DNA from: Escherichia virus TH22
Length of the DNA: 64,000 bases
Strand: one strand, 5' to 3'
Sequence record: MT446396.1
Shown here: positions 42,650 through 52,067 of the stretch, piece by piece
Layout: each line of letters opens with the position of its first letter
Position numbering within the stretch: position 1 is the first letter of the stretch
Program-made: the position numbers and the translations under genes
The notes under the pieces: model-generated
What the model was told of the DNA's origin: nothing
Seen by the model: the letters and a program-made list of their open reading frames with translations, nothing else
The model's database searches: none

Positions 42650-43772
42650 TTTTAACCTTTGGTGGCTCTTCAACTTCAATAGGCTTACCATTGGTAAACA
42701 TATAGAGGTTTGTAATTGATGTATTGTTACTCACTTCATGAATAACTTCGTCTACGTAAAAATCATATTTGAATTGGTTCTTCGGGTCATAGAAATTTAT
42801 CTTATCACCCGGGGTTAATTCAAAGTTCCCGTATGTTTTGCAATGCGCGTAACCATCATATTGAGACATGGTTATTAATCGTTGCGCTTCTTCGAAACCG
42901 TTTCGGTATGTATAATCCGAATAGCCGCCTGAACGAGATACCAGAATGCTGTTTTGTCCTTCCCCAAAAGTTATTCTGGTTGCGTTCTTGTCAAGGAATG
43001 AATGTGCATACACGGTTGCGTTTTCGTATGGTTTTCTTGTGTGTTGGTTCGCCTTTGTTAACCATTCAAAATCGAAGGCCAATGGAGTCTCGAGGTTTTG
43101 TACAAACTGGCCAACCAATCGAGGTTCACCCACCACGAAATTAATTGGCTCTTGTGATGTTAACCATTCATAATCCTGGATACTTATTCCATCAATATCT
43201 TCCCATACAAAAACAAATTTATCAGTTTCTACTGCCAAACCAACTTCCCTTATGAATTCCATATATCGGTTCATCGAATCACACCATGGAACGTTAGGAG
43301 CATAAACGTTTATGCCGTTTATTGGTGGAGAAAGCAACGGTCTATCCTGATAAATTACCCCGGTCATTTCGACTAATGTTTCTTGTACACTCGGGTAAAA
43401 CATACGACTAAATTTCAGGTCTTCAATTTCGTGAATAGGAGCCAGCTGAATTGTAATTATATTATCGCCTTTTGAATCCACAGAAACTGCAAAGTGTTTG
43501 CTTCCATATATTCTGGATTGGGTTCGGTCTGAGTTGGCATTCTTAACGGAGACTTGTATAATTTGTTCACCGTTCATTTTTGTATGTAAGTTCTTTGTGT
43601 CGTAGAATTGCAATAGACCTTCGTTTCTTCCGTAAAGGGAATCACGCATGGTCATGGTTGTAAATGTTGCAGCCAGTTCTACAAAACGGTGTTCGAGCCA
43701 GGCATCATAATCTTCGTAAAGGCGTATGCTGATATTAGGAAAGCCTTCACGCTGCATAGATTTAGCTGTCAT
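42603..43772 (-). CDS. 27: baseplate hub subunit gp27
   Basis: 389 aa; strong match to recalled T4 gp27 ([32 protein letters not shown]). Confidence 0.9.
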   Translation of the reverse strand: MTAKSMQREGFPNISIRLYEDYDAWLEHRFVELAATFTTMTMRDSLYGRNEGLLQFYDTKNLHTKMNGEQIIQVSVKNANSDRTQSRIYGSKHFAVSVDSKGDNIITIQLAPIHEIEDLKFSRMFYPSVQETLVEMTGVIYQDRPLLSPPINGINVYAPNVPWCDSMNRYMEFIREVGLAVETDKFVFVWEDIDGISIQDYEWLTSQEPINFVVGEPRLVGQFVQNLETPLAFDFEWLTKANQHTRKPYENATVYAHSFLDKNATRITFGEGQNSILVSRSGGYSDYTYRNGFEEAQRLITMSQYDGYAHCKTYGNFELTPGDKINFYDPKNQFKYDFYVDEVIHEVSNNTSITNLYMFTNGKPIEVEEPPKVKNELKTDSADEENTAG

Positions 43773-44521
43773 TTCTTCAAGTCCTTCTCAACTAACGATA
43801 AAGCAATACCTCGTTCGATAGGAATCATGTGCATGATGCTATCCAGTGTATATTGATTCTTTACCAGTAAGTGGTTAATTTGATAAAATACAAAGACTTC
43901 ATCCGGGTTAAGGATAAGCTTAAAGACATCAATCAAGTCTGTATATTCGGTTTTGTGTTTTTCGCAGCAACCATATGTAAATGGAATATAAACTGAATGC
44001 ATTTTCTTAAGGAGCTCTTCGAGACTCTCTATATCAATTGCATCAATAACCTGCATCTTCGTTTCTTCAGGAAGGTCTTCCCAATTGTATTTTTGTTCTG
44101 AGTCTTCGACAGTCTGGATGGTGTTTAGAACAAGCTCTGACTTATCTTTATATTCTACTTCAGGGAACTTAAATTGTATTTTTATCCCCGCGGTTTCCAT
44201 TGTTGGATTTGTCAATGGACCTTGGCTCATATTAAACAAAGTCTGCTTTGTCTTTTTACATTTTTGACATTCGAACGCTACCGGGACTTTTGTCTTACCG
44301 ATAGAGGAAGTGAATACCTTCAAGAATATGTATGGTCTCCATGCTTTCGGATACTCTCCAAAATAATCTTCCAACAGTTCGTCTAATAATTGTTTTTGTT
44401 CTTCGACGGGTTTGTTGTTCATGTCGTTTCGCACAAGCAGTAAATCACGGTAATCAGCGACTGTAAACGGTTTGAAACGATGAACTCCGTCTGGCATTTC
44501 ACATCTTACGATATTGGCCAT
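43769..44521 (-). CDS. 51: baseplate hub assembly protein gp51
   Basis: 250 aa; synteny and size as T4 gp51; contains CxxC / CC Cys motifs. Confidence 0.8.
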   Translation of the reverse strand: MANIVRCEMPDGVHRFKPFTVADYRDLLLVRNDMNNKPVEEQKQLLDELLEDYFGEYPKAWRPYIFLKVFTSSIGKTKVPVAFECQKCKKTKQTLFNMSQGPLTNPTMETAGIKIQFKFPEVEYKDKSELVLNTIQTVEDSEQKYNWEDLPEETKMQVIDAIDIESLEELLKKMHSVYIPFTYGCCEKHKTEYTDLIDVFKLILNPDEVFVFYQINHLLVKNQYTLDSIMHMIPIERGIALSLVEKDLKK

Positions 44522-44549
44522 AGAATCCCCTTTTATCTTTATTGATATT

Positions 44550-44557
44550 TATAAATA
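44550..44557 (+). promoter_or_regulatory. late promoter (TATAAATA) for gene 26
   Basis: Exact TATAAATA 17 nt upstream of the AAAGGAG RBS. Confidence 0.55.
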
Positions 44558-44574
44558 CAGTAAAGGAGCAAATT

Positions 44575-45198
44575 ATGACTTATGAATTTATTGTCCAAAT
44601 TAAAAATAAAACTATAAATTGTAGGGCTTTTACATTGCGCGAATACAAAGATTTGCTTCAGGCAAAATTAGAAAAGCGTATGGAACCTGCAATAATTGAA
44701 CTGCTTAATAAATGCACTGATGCTAAAGGGTTAAACAAACAGGAAGCCGAGCTGCTTCTTATTAATCTCTGGGCAAATAGTCTCGGAGCTGTTAACGTCG
44801 AGCATACGTGGGTATGTGAGTGTGGAAAGGAACAAGATATTCCTGTGACTATAAGTCGTGCAAGCATCGTGGATGAGTCTGAAGTTATTCGTGATTTCGG
44901 GGCATTTAAAATTAAATTCCGTTATCCTGGGTTGTTTGAAGACGGCGATAAAGGTAAAATGATTGCTTGTTGTATCGAATATATTATCACGGAAGGTGGC
45001 GAGCGCATCGTTGTTGATGACTTAAATGAAGCCGAAATCGAGGACCTATACAACGCAATTACCCTCGATGATATAAATGCACTAACCGAAGAACTTCTCA
45101 AGCCACAGGTCCAAATGGCTATTCCTATCTCTTGCGAGTGCGGAGCGCATTCTGTCCATGTAATTAAGGGGCTTAAAGAATTCTTTAAGTTTATGTAA
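44575..45198 (+). CDS. 26: baseplate hub subunit gp26
   Basis: 207 aa from ATG after AAAGGAG RBS; synteny; size as T4 gp26. Confidence 0.8.
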   Translation: MTYEFIVQIKNKTINCRAFTLREYKDLLQAKLEKRMEPAIIELLNKCTDAKGLNKQEAELLLINLWANSLGAVNVEHTWVCECGKEQDIPVTISRASIVDESEVIRDFGAFKIKFRYPGLFEDGDKGKMIACCIEYIITEGGERIVVDDLNEAEIEDLYNAITLDDINALTEELLKPQVQMAIPISCECGAHSVHVIKGLKEFFKFM

Positions 45199-45588
45199 AT
45201 GAATATAAACAAAATGTATAGCGATGTATCTCCCGACTTATCTACAAGTTGGGATAAAGACGTTGCTAAAGTAACTGGTGCAAGGTCTGTTAAGAACAGT
45301 CTTCTGGGAATAATCACCACAAGAAAAGGGTCACGGCCTTTTATGCCTGAATTTGGATGTGATATAAGTAATCAGCTTTTTGAGAATATCACACCGTTAA
45401 TTACAGATACCATTAAACGCAACATCGTCTCCGCGGTGCGGAACTTCGAACCAAGAATAAGCAATCTACAGGTTGCAGTTGTCCCTATGTATGATGATAA
45501 CTCCATTATCGTAACGGTTCAGTTCAGCATTGTTGATGACCCTGATACCCTCGAACAAATTAGGATTCAGTTAAGTCAAAACGGTTAA
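45199..45588 (+). CDS. 25: baseplate wedge subunit gp25
   Basis: 129 aa; strong match to recalled T4 gp25 (NSLLGIITTRKGSRPF.PEFGCD.S.QLFEN.TPL). Confidence 0.95.
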   Translation: MNINKMYSDVSPDLSTSWDKDVAKVTGARSVKNSLLGIITTRKGSRPFMPEFGCDISNQLFENITPLITDTIKRNIVSAVRNFEPRISNLQVAVVPMYDDNSIIVTVQFSIVDDPDTLEQIRIQLSQNG

Positions 45589-45613
45589 TGCTTTAATTTT
45601 ATGGCTGTATAAT
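45587..45613 (+). promoter_or_regulatory. middle promoter (AATGCTTTA MotA box, N12, TATAAT) followed by ggttctagaccc element
   Basis: MotA box overlaps gp25 stop; -10 followed by a near-palindromic GGTTCTAGACCC. Confidence 0.5.
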
Positions 45614-45641
45614 GGTTCTAGACCCTTACATTGGATACATT

Positions 45642-46076
45642 ATGAAAACAGAGATTGAATATAAGTTAGAAGTCTTTCAGGATGAGTTAGATGCGGATTT
45701 AAAAATTGATGGTACGCAACTTCAATATGAAACACAAAACAACGTTTTGTTGCATAGCAAATGGTTGAGATTGTATACCAACTGCAAGAAAGAAATAATG
45801 CGTCTTGAGATTCAGAAGAAAACTGCACTGAAAAAACGACTAGACCATTATACTGGAAGAGGTGACCCAGGGGAAGAGGTATGCATGGATGTATACGAGA
45901 AGTCGGAATTGAAAACAGTCATGGCAGCAGATTCAAACATACTGAAGATTGATACTTCAATTCAGTATTGGGCACTACTCCAGGACTTCTGTAGCGCTGC
46001 ATTAGATGGTGTTAAGTCGCGAAGTTTCGCACTTAAACATATGTTAGAAATAAGACAATTCGAGGCAGGCAAATAA
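45642..46076 (+). CDS. uvsY: recombination mediator UvsY
   Basis: 144 aa from internal ATG; match to recalled T4 UvsY (KLQYE..NNV.L.SKWL, KSRKL... SLQYW..L.DFCS.ALD..KSR.FA.KH, FEAGK). Confidence 0.9.
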   Translation: MKTEIEYKLEVFQDELDADLKIDGTQLQYETQNNVLLHSKWLRLYTNCKKEIMRLEIQKKTALKKRLDHYTGRGDPGEEVCMDVYEKSELKTVMAADSNILKIDTSIQYWALLQDFCSAALDGVKSRSFALKHMLEIRQFEAGK

Positions 46077-46309
46077 TGCGATATTCTATCGACGATGCGT
46101 TTAACCAAGACGAAGAGTTCGAAGAAGAAATTAAGTATATGATGAAGGAATGGAAATTGAATCGTGCAGATATTCGTATCTGCGCTGACCACCCTTGTGG
46201 TGAAGATGTTATCTATGTTAAAGGTAAATTTGCAGGATACATCGATGATGCGTTCTATTCTCACAATATGGGGATAGATACTGGTATGAGATACTTTAAG
46301 GAAAATTAA
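46076..46309 (+). CDS. hypothetical protein (77 aa)
   Basis: ORF overlapping uvsY stop. Confidence 0.5.
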   Translation: MRYSIDDAFNQDEEFEEEIKYMMKEWKLNRADIRICADHPCGEDVIYVKGKFAGYIDDAFYSHNMGIDTGMRYFKEN

Positions 46310-46420
46310 ATGAAAAATATTAGTAAGATTCTCGACGAGATGGTTATCTCTGCAAACCGAATAACTGAAATTGTTAATGAGATGAAAGCTCGTGCTGCTA
46401 TTATGAAGAGCACTAAATAG
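46310..46420 (+). CDS. possible small protein (36 aa)
   Basis: ATG immediately after upstream stop; below ORF-track cutoff; weak evidence. Confidence 0.3.
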   Translation: MKNISKILDEMVISANRITEIVNEMKARAAIMKSTK

Positions 46421-46448
46421 ATATGTAAGTTTAACTGAGGAGACAATC

Positions 46449-46616
46449 ATGTCAGATAAGATTTGTGTTGTCTGTAAAACTCCAATCGATTCTGCATTGG
46501 TTGTGGATACAGACCAAGGTCCGGTGCATCCGGGCGCCTGTTATAATTATGTTCAGAGTTTGCCAGTTACGGAAAATACAGAAGAGCAACTGAACGAGAC
46601 CCAACTTTTAATTTAG
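46449..46616 (+). CDS. possible small Cys-containing protein (55 aa)
   Basis: Strong RBS TGAGGAG 7 nt upstream; CVVCKT ... HPGAC suggests a metal-binding knuckle. Confidence 0.4.
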   Translation: MSDKICVVCKTPIDSALVVDTDQGPVHPGACYNYVQSLPVTENTEEQLNETQLLI

Positions 46617-46639
46617 CTAGTGTTGTTAACCATTTTTGG

Positions 46640-46672
46640 TTTTGCCCCTTCCTTTTGGTTGGGGCCTTTTTA
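46640..46672. terminator. terminator-like hairpin (GCCCC ... GGGGC) with flanking T/A runs between convergent genes
   Basis: Seen in sequence. Confidence 0.45.
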
Positions 46673-46673
46673 T

Positions 46674-46901
46674 TTAGAAATCTTCGTCTTCATCATCGTC
46701 CATATCCTCAAGCTCGGCGCGTTTACCGGCAAGAGCATCACGAACACTGATATCATCGGAATCTTTTAGTTCAGCTTCTTTGCTGCGTTTTTTATAATAG
46801 CTTTCCAACTCCTTCAGACCGTCTATGGTCTGGCAGGAACCAATCTTAGCCATAAAGCCTTCAATTGATGCTTCGTACATAATTTCTTCAAAGGATTTCA
46901 T
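46674..46901 (-). CDS. uvsW.1: UvsW.1-like small acidic protein
   Basis: 75 aa with acidic C-terminus, start overlapping uvsW stop (TAATG), as in T4. Confidence 0.7.
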   Translation of the reverse strand: MKSFEEIMYEASIEGFMAKIGSCQTIDGLKELESYYKKRSKEAELKDSDDISVRDALAGKRAELEDMDDDEDEDF

Positions 46902-48400
46902 TATATTTCCACCTGTTTAATTACATAATTGAATTTTTCGTCTGCATACCGTTGAATACGTTCTAGTGCATGTTTAAGCGCAAAGTTAATATGAACATAT
47001 TTCTTTTTAGCGTTTGCTGATTTGGGTTTGACCCCCATATCATCCACAATGTCCCACACGTTTGCGGTCGATTTAGATTCATGTTTTCGAAGCACACGGC
47101 CAATTGTCTGGAGTACAATTACCTTTGATTTGACCGGGTGAGCGAAAATAATATGATGGAGGTTTTTAACGGAAATACCCGTCGAGAATACACCATATGA
47201 AGCTACAACGATAATTCCCTTTCCATTCTCTGCCATGACCTTCAGAGCATTACGGGTTTCGGTATCAACTTCCCCGGAAACATAATACACTTTCTCATGC
47301 CCAGCTTCCTTAAGCATTTCAAACATCGATTTGCCATGCTCGATATTCTTAAACATCAAAAAGACGTTTTCATCTTTTTTAGCAAGCTTGATAGCAAGAT
47401 TTGTTACCCATTTATTTCGGCGCGTAGCTTTTGTAATTACCTTAATTTCATCCTGATAAGTTTTACCTTTCATTTTAACGGTAAATTCATCAGGGTAACG
47501 AAGGAAAATACTATTTATTTTAAGGTCAGTGACCTGACCATCTTCCATCAATTTAGATGTTGATACTGGTTTAAAGATATCACCAAACAGACCCATATAT
47601 TGCATAAGGTTGGCTTTGCCGTCACGGAGTGAACCGGACAAACCAAATTTAAACATACAATTCGTAAGGCCTTCGATAACCGTCGAAATTGATTTACCTG
47701 TAGCCATATGACATTCGTCATTCATAAACTGACCAAACTGTTCAAACCATTCTTTAGGTTGTTTTACAGCCGTCTGATAAGTCGATACATAAATCATCGC
47801 ATCAGAATCGCGTTTGGTACCAGAACGAATACCCAGACAAGCTTCACGAGGGAACAGACGATAATCAACAAAGTCATTAATCATCTGGTCAACAAGCGCG
47901 GTTGTAGGAACAAGGATAAGTACCTTGCCTTCATAGTTCTCGAGATAATATCGCGCCAGAAGCGCCTGGATGAGACTTTTACCTGCAGACGTAGGTAAGT
48001 TCAGAATCTTTCTTCTGTTGACCAGACCATCATATACGGCGTCAGATTGATACCAATGGGGCGTTATCTTAGTATTGCCTGAATAGATTTCTTTTGACTC
48101 AACCCATTTGTCGAATTCTTCGCGAGAGATTTCTTCTTTCTCGGTGATTTGTGGGTCAATCCAGAATGAATAGCCAAACTGGTCAGCGAACTTTTTAATT
48201 TGATTAACCAAACCGTATGGTAATTTACGATTGTAATCCAGGAGGCGGATTCGTCCGTCCCAAACTCCCTGCTTGAATTTTGGATTGAAGCGATAGTTTT
48301 CAGCTTCGAAGCTGAAGTAATCACGGAGTTCGTAGAAGATTCCATCTTCACATTCAACATGCACGTGACTAAAATTTAGAAAGTTGATTTTAATATCCAT
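46901..48400 (-). CDS. uvsW: UvsW DNA/RNA helicase
   Basis: 499 aa from ATG at 48400 (MDIKINFLNFSHVHVECE...); strong match to recalled T4 UvsW; the track ORF starts at an upstream GTG. Confidence 0.95.
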   Translation of the reverse strand: MDIKINFLNFSHVHVECEDGIFYELRDYFSFEAENYRFNPKFKQGVWDGRIRLLDYNRKLPYGLVNQIKKFADQFGYSFWIDPQITEKEEISREEFDKWVESKEIYSGNTKITPHWYQSDAVYDGLVNRRKILNLPTSAGKSLIQALLARYYLENYEGKVLILVPTTALVDQMINDFVDYRLFPREACLGIRSGTKRDSDAMIYVSTYQTAVKQPKEWFEQFGQFMNDECHMATGKSISTVIEGLTNCMFKFGLSGSLRDGKANLMQYMGLFGDIFKPVSTSKLMEDGQVTDLKINSIFLRYPDEFTVKMKGKTYQDEIKVITKATRRNKWVTNLAIKLAKKDENVFLMFKNIEHGKSMFEMLKEAGHEKVYYVSGEVDTETRNALKVMAENGKGIIVVASYGVFSTGISVKNLHHIIFAHPVKSKVIVLQTIGRVLRKHESKSTANVWDIVDDMGVKPKSANAKKKYVHINFALKHALERIQRYADEKFNYVIKQVEI

Positions 48401-48428
48401 GATGATTCCAAGGTAATAAATATATCTA

Positions 48429-48436
48429 TATTTATA
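48429..48436 (-). promoter_or_regulatory. late promoter (TATAAATA) for uvsW
   Basis: tatttata on plus strand, 28 nt upstream of the uvsW ATG. Confidence 0.5.
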
Positions 48437-48454
48437 CACTAACCGAGGTTCATC

Positions 48455-49123
48455 ATGATTGACAAGAACTACATTGAGGAAATTCGTGTCCTCGAGAAAA
48501 AAGAAGCTAAAGAAAAATTAGCCGAATACGCAGCATCACTTGGCGTTGATGTTAAGAAAACAAAAACCTTTGATAATATGTTGGCTGACCTGGAAGCAGG
48601 ACTTAAAGCATTTGCTGACATGCCTATGCCTGATGATAATGAAGGTCTGAGCATCACTGACCTTATCGATGCCGACGATGAATTATCTGGTGCTAAATTC
48701 GAAGGCGATGAGTCTGCTAAAGAAGAAGCCAAACTATTATTTGATGCTCCGACCGAAGCAAAGGTTGAAGTTGTAGAAATTGAAAAACCTGCAACAGTTT
48801 TGGTTGAAGAAGATGTTCCTTTTATCGAAGAAAAGTTCGAAGCAGCTGTTGCTAAGGTTATCGAATCTGAAAAACCTGTATTTGCTCTACCAAAAAACTT
48901 TAGTCCAAATCTTATGCTTATTGGCAAGAACCCTGGATTCTGTACTGTTCCATGGTGGATTTATCAGTGGATTTCTGAGACTCCGGATTGGAAAGAACGT
49001 CCAACTGCTTTCCCACATCCCACCGCACATCAAACCCTATTCAGTTTGATTTATTACATCAATCGTAATGGGTCTGTTCTAGTACGAGAAACTCGTAACT
49101 CATCTTTTGTCACTTTAAAATAA
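48455..49123 (+). CDS. inh: Inh-like protein (inhibitor of prohead protease)
   Basis: 222 aa; position between uvsW and hoc and size as T4 inh; sequence identity not verified. Confidence 0.65.
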   Translation: MIDKNYIEEIRVLEKKEAKEKLAEYAASLGVDVKKTKTFDNMLADLEAGLKAFADMPMPDDNEGLSITDLIDADDELSGAKFEGDESAKEEAKLLFDAPTEAKVEVVEIEKPATVLVEEDVPFIEEKFEAAVAKVIESEKPVFALPKNFSPNLMLIGKNPGFCTVPWWIYQWISETPDWKERPTAFPHPTAHQTLFSLIYYINRNGSVLVRETRNSSFVTLK

Positions 49124-49132
49124 GGGTTTATT

Positions 49133-50266
49133 ATGGCTTATACCGTAGCTATTGCTCCTTTGGCGGCTACGGCCGTTATTGGAGCAACAACCAATTTCAC
49201 TGCAACCGGCTCTGGTGCTGCAGCTGAAGGTGTTGAATCATTTGTATGGACCGTTGATGGCGTTCCTCAATCTTCTGTGACTGCAGCAATGGCTTATGTC
49301 GCTGTTGGCCCAGCAGGCAGTAAGACTATTAAAGTTGTTGCAACAACTACACCAGCGGACGGCGAACCGGAAACTGCTGAGGCTGAGACGACTTTAACTA
49401 TCCAGAATAAAACAATGCCGGCAATCACGCTGACTTTAGACCCAGCCTCTGTTACTAAAGAAATAGGACAATCTCAAGTTGTTACTGCTAACGTGACAGG
49501 CGCTCCTTCTGGTGCAACAATCGCTTACGTTTGGAAACGTAACACTAGCGTAATCGCAGGTCAAACTGGTAAAACTATTACCGTCACCGAATCAGCAGAA
49601 GCAAATTATACATTGAACTGTGAAGTTACTGTTTCTGCACCCGATTATAATAATGGCACCGCATCTAAAGGAGCTGCGGTAACTTTTGTTAAGAAAACTA
49701 TGTCGGGTGTTTCTGTTACTTTAGCACCGACCTCTATTAATGTTCCTGAAGGAACTCCGGCTTCTTTTAAAGCTACTGTAGCCGGTGCGCCTGCTGGTGC
49801 TACTTTTGCCTATTCTTGGAAGAAAGATGGTTCACCAGTCGCTGGTACCACGGATACTTTAGCAATCGATACAAGCGCCGAAGGTTCCCAGTTAATTGAA
49901 GTTTCTGTTGTTGTATCTGCTACAGATTATAACCCTGTAACCGTTACCAAAACTGGTAATGTAACAGTCACGGCTAAAGTCGCACCAGTTCCAGATGGCG
50001 AATTACCATATATTCACCCATTGCCAGTACGTAATTCAGCTTATATCTGGTGTGGTTGGTGGGTTATGGATGAAATTCAGAAAATGACTCTTGCCGGACA
50101 AGACTGGAAAACTGATGACCCAGATAGCCCGTATTATTTGCACCGATACACACTTCAAAAAATGATTACCGACTATCCAGAGGTTGATGTACAAGAATCT
50201 CGTAATGGTCGAGTTATTCATCGCACCGCTTTAGAAACTGGTATTATATACGATTACGTTTATTAA
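49133..50266 (+). CDS. hoc: highly immunogenic outer capsid protein Hoc
   Basis: 377 aa; strong match to recalled T4 Hoc (NVTVTAKVAP.P.GELPY.HPLP, AYIWCGWWVMDEIQKMT, DWKTDDPDS.YYLHRYTLQKM). Confidence 0.9.
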   Translation: MAYTVAIAPLAATAVIGATTNFTATGSGAAAEGVESFVWTVDGVPQSSVTAAMAYVAVGPAGSKTIKVVATTTPADGEPETAEAETTLTIQNKTMPAITLTLDPASVTKEIGQSQVVTANVTGAPSGATIAYVWKRNTSVIAGQTGKTITVTESAEANYTLNCEVTVSAPDYNNGTASKGAAVTFVKKTMSGVSVTLAPTSINVPEGTPASFKATVAGAPAGATFAYSWKKDGSPVAGTTDTLAIDTSAEGSQLIEVSVVVSATDYNPVTVTKTGNVTVTAKVAPVPDGELPYIHPLPVRNSAYIWCGWWVMDEIQKMTLAGQDWKTDDPDSPYYLHRYTLQKMITDYPEVDVQESRNGRVIHRTALETGIIYDYVY

Positions 50267-50271
50267 TTAAA

Positions 50272-50299
50272 AAGGGACCTTCGGGTCCCTTTATTTTTA
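50272..50299 (+). terminator. intrinsic terminator (GGGACC-TTCG-GGTCCC + T-run)
   Basis: Same hairpin sequence as at 13427 and 38308. Confidence 0.7.
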
Positions 50300-50388
50300 T
50301 GGTACTGAGCAAACGTTGCCTGGCCCCCTTTCTCTAGTGAGTCCTTGTGGTCATACCATAACAATTGTTCATCTGGCATAAAAATCAT

Positions 50389-50418
50389 GTTTACAAGTTA
50401 AAAATTCCATGTTAAGAT
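50389..50418 (+). promoter_or_regulatory. early promoter (GTTTAC, N18, TAAGAT)
   Basis: Seen in sequence upstream of ORF 50448. Confidence 0.45.
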
Positions 50419-50447
50419 AGCTTCACTAACTCAACATGAGAATCATT

Positions 50448-50639
50448 ATGGATAAGGTTAAAGTACATTTTCTGCATGAATCTGGCATGACATTTATTGA
50501 AATCGCCAAGGTATTAGGCGGGACTGCTAAAGAGATGGCAAAGGCCTGGGTTGATGTAGAACAAGCCAAAGCTAAATTTAAAGCGAAAGAAAAGATTGTT
50601 TATCGTAAACGTTTGAATAACAAAAAGGTGAAGAAATGA
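50448..50639 (+). CDS. hypothetical small basic protein, possible helix-turn-helix (63 aa)
   Basis: GMTFIEIAKVLGGTAKEMAKAW resembles an HTH; lysine-rich C-terminus; alternative start 50436. Confidence 0.5.
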   Translation: MDKVKVHFLHESGMTFIEIAKVLGGTAKEMAKAWVDVEQAKAKFKAKEKIVYRKRLNNKKVKK

Positions 50640-50899
50640 CATTCGCAGAAGAACTACGCCAAATAGCCAAAGAGTCACAAGATAAAGTTGCAAATGACTT
50701 TATTTCTATATTTCGCAAAGTGGCTATTGCCGCCGCCGAGAACGGCAAAGATGCTGTTAATATGGCAGTTTCTGAAAAAGAGTATGAAGAAGGAAACCGT
50801 GCAAAGATATCTGAATTTCTGCGAGCAGAAAAATTTACATCTTTTACCTGGAATTATGATTGGCAAGAATCCAAGCCAATGCTGTATGTAAAATTCTGA
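50636..50899 (+). CDS. hypothetical protein (87 aa)
   Basis: ORF overlapping upstream stop. Confidence 0.5.
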   Translation: MTFAEELRQIAKESQDKVANDFISIFRKVAIAAAENGKDAVNMAVSEKEYEEGNRAKISEFLRAEKFTSFTWNYDWQESKPMLYVKF

Positions 50900-50904
50900 C
50901 CCTT

Positions 50905-50932
50905 TTTGCTTCAAATAAAAATGCGGTATAAT
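50905..50932 (+). promoter_or_regulatory. middle promoter (TTTGCTTCA MotA box, N13, TATAAT) followed by ggttctagaccc element; likely rnlB promoter
   Basis: Seen in sequence. Confidence 0.5.
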
Positions 50933-51029
50933 GGTTCTAGACCCTTTGCAACTATTAATTCCTTTCAGAGAAAGAAAGTATAGTGGGTCTAATTTATAAT
51001 GATATTTATAACATCAAAAGTGAGAGATT

Positions 51030-52037
51030 ATGTTTAAGAAATACAACAGCCTTGAAAATCACTATAATAACAAGTTCATTGAAAAGATTCGCCTGCAAGG
51101 CTTCACCAGCGGTGAATGGGTAGCTCGTGAAAAGATTCATGGTACCAACTTTAGTTTAATCATTGAACAAGACAATGTGACATGCGCGAAACGCACTGGA
51201 CCTATTCTACCTGCAGAAGATTTCTATGGTTATGAAATTGTATTAAAGAACTACGCAGATTCTATTAAATCTGTGCAGAAACTTTTACAGGATATTAATT
51301 ACCAGGCTTACCAGATTTATGGCGAGTTTGCTGGTACAGGTATTCAGAAGAATGTGGATTACGGCGATAAAGATTTCTATGTGTTTGATATCCGCGTTAC
51401 TAAGGAAGATGGCTCTGAATCCGTCCTGACTGACACACTTATGGAAGCCTTTTGTATTATTCATAAGTTTAAAGTTGCCCCACGCCTGGCCACAGGTAGC
51501 TTTGAAGACTTGATTAAGCTCCCTAATGACCTGGATTCTGTGGTCCCTGATTACAATTTTACAGTGGATAACGCAGGATTGACTACAGCAAATACCACTG
51601 ATTTTGATGCAAAGGTGGAAGGTAAAGTATTCACTGCTGAAGGATTTGTATTAAAACCTGATGTTCCTGCATGGTTACCTAACGGCGAGCGTGTAGCGAT
51701 TAAATGTAAGAACTCTAAATTCAGCGAAAAGAAAAAGTCTGATAAGCCTATTAAGGCTGCTGTTGTGTTGTCCCAGGAAGACCTGGATGTTTTATGGAAG
51801 TTTACTGATTATGTGACTGTCAACCGTATCAATAATGTTATCAGTAAGATTGGGGAAGTAACACCTAAGGATTTTGGGAAGGTAATGGGTTTGACTGTCC
51901 AGGATATCCTGGAAGAAGCGGGTCGTGAAGGCCTTGAATTGACCCAAACAGAAAATCCTGTTGAAGTTAAAAAGCAACTTATCGCAAATGTAAGAGAAAC
52001 ATTAAGACATGTTTGGATTGCATTAATTAGTGAATAA
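51030..52037 (+). CDS. rnlB: RNA ligase 2
   Basis: 335 aa; strong match to recalled T4 Rnl2 ([52 protein letters not shown]). Confidence 0.95.
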   Translation: MFKKYNSLENHYNNKFIEKIRLQGFTSGEWVAREKIHGTNFSLIIEQDNVTCAKRTGPILPAEDFYGYEIVLKNYADSIKSVQKLLQDINYQAYQIYGEFAGTGIQKNVDYGDKDFYVFDIRVTKEDGSESVLTDTLMEAFCIIHKFKVAPRLATGSFEDLIKLPNDLDSVVPDYNFTVDNAGLTTANTTDFDAKVEGKVFTAEGFVLKPDVPAWLPNGERVAIKCKNSKFSEKKKSDKPIKAAVVLSQEDLDVLWKFTDYVTVNRINNVISKIGEVTPKDFGKVMGLTVQDILEEAGREGLELTQTENPVEVKKQLIANVRETLRHVWIALISE

Positions 52038-52067
52038 AAAAAGGGCCGCAAGGCCCTTATTCTTTTT
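52035..52067. terminator. bidirectional terminator (A-run, AGGGCC-GCAA-GGCCCT, T-run)
   Basis: Seen in sequence between convergent rnlB and the gene 24 paralog. Confidence 0.6.
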
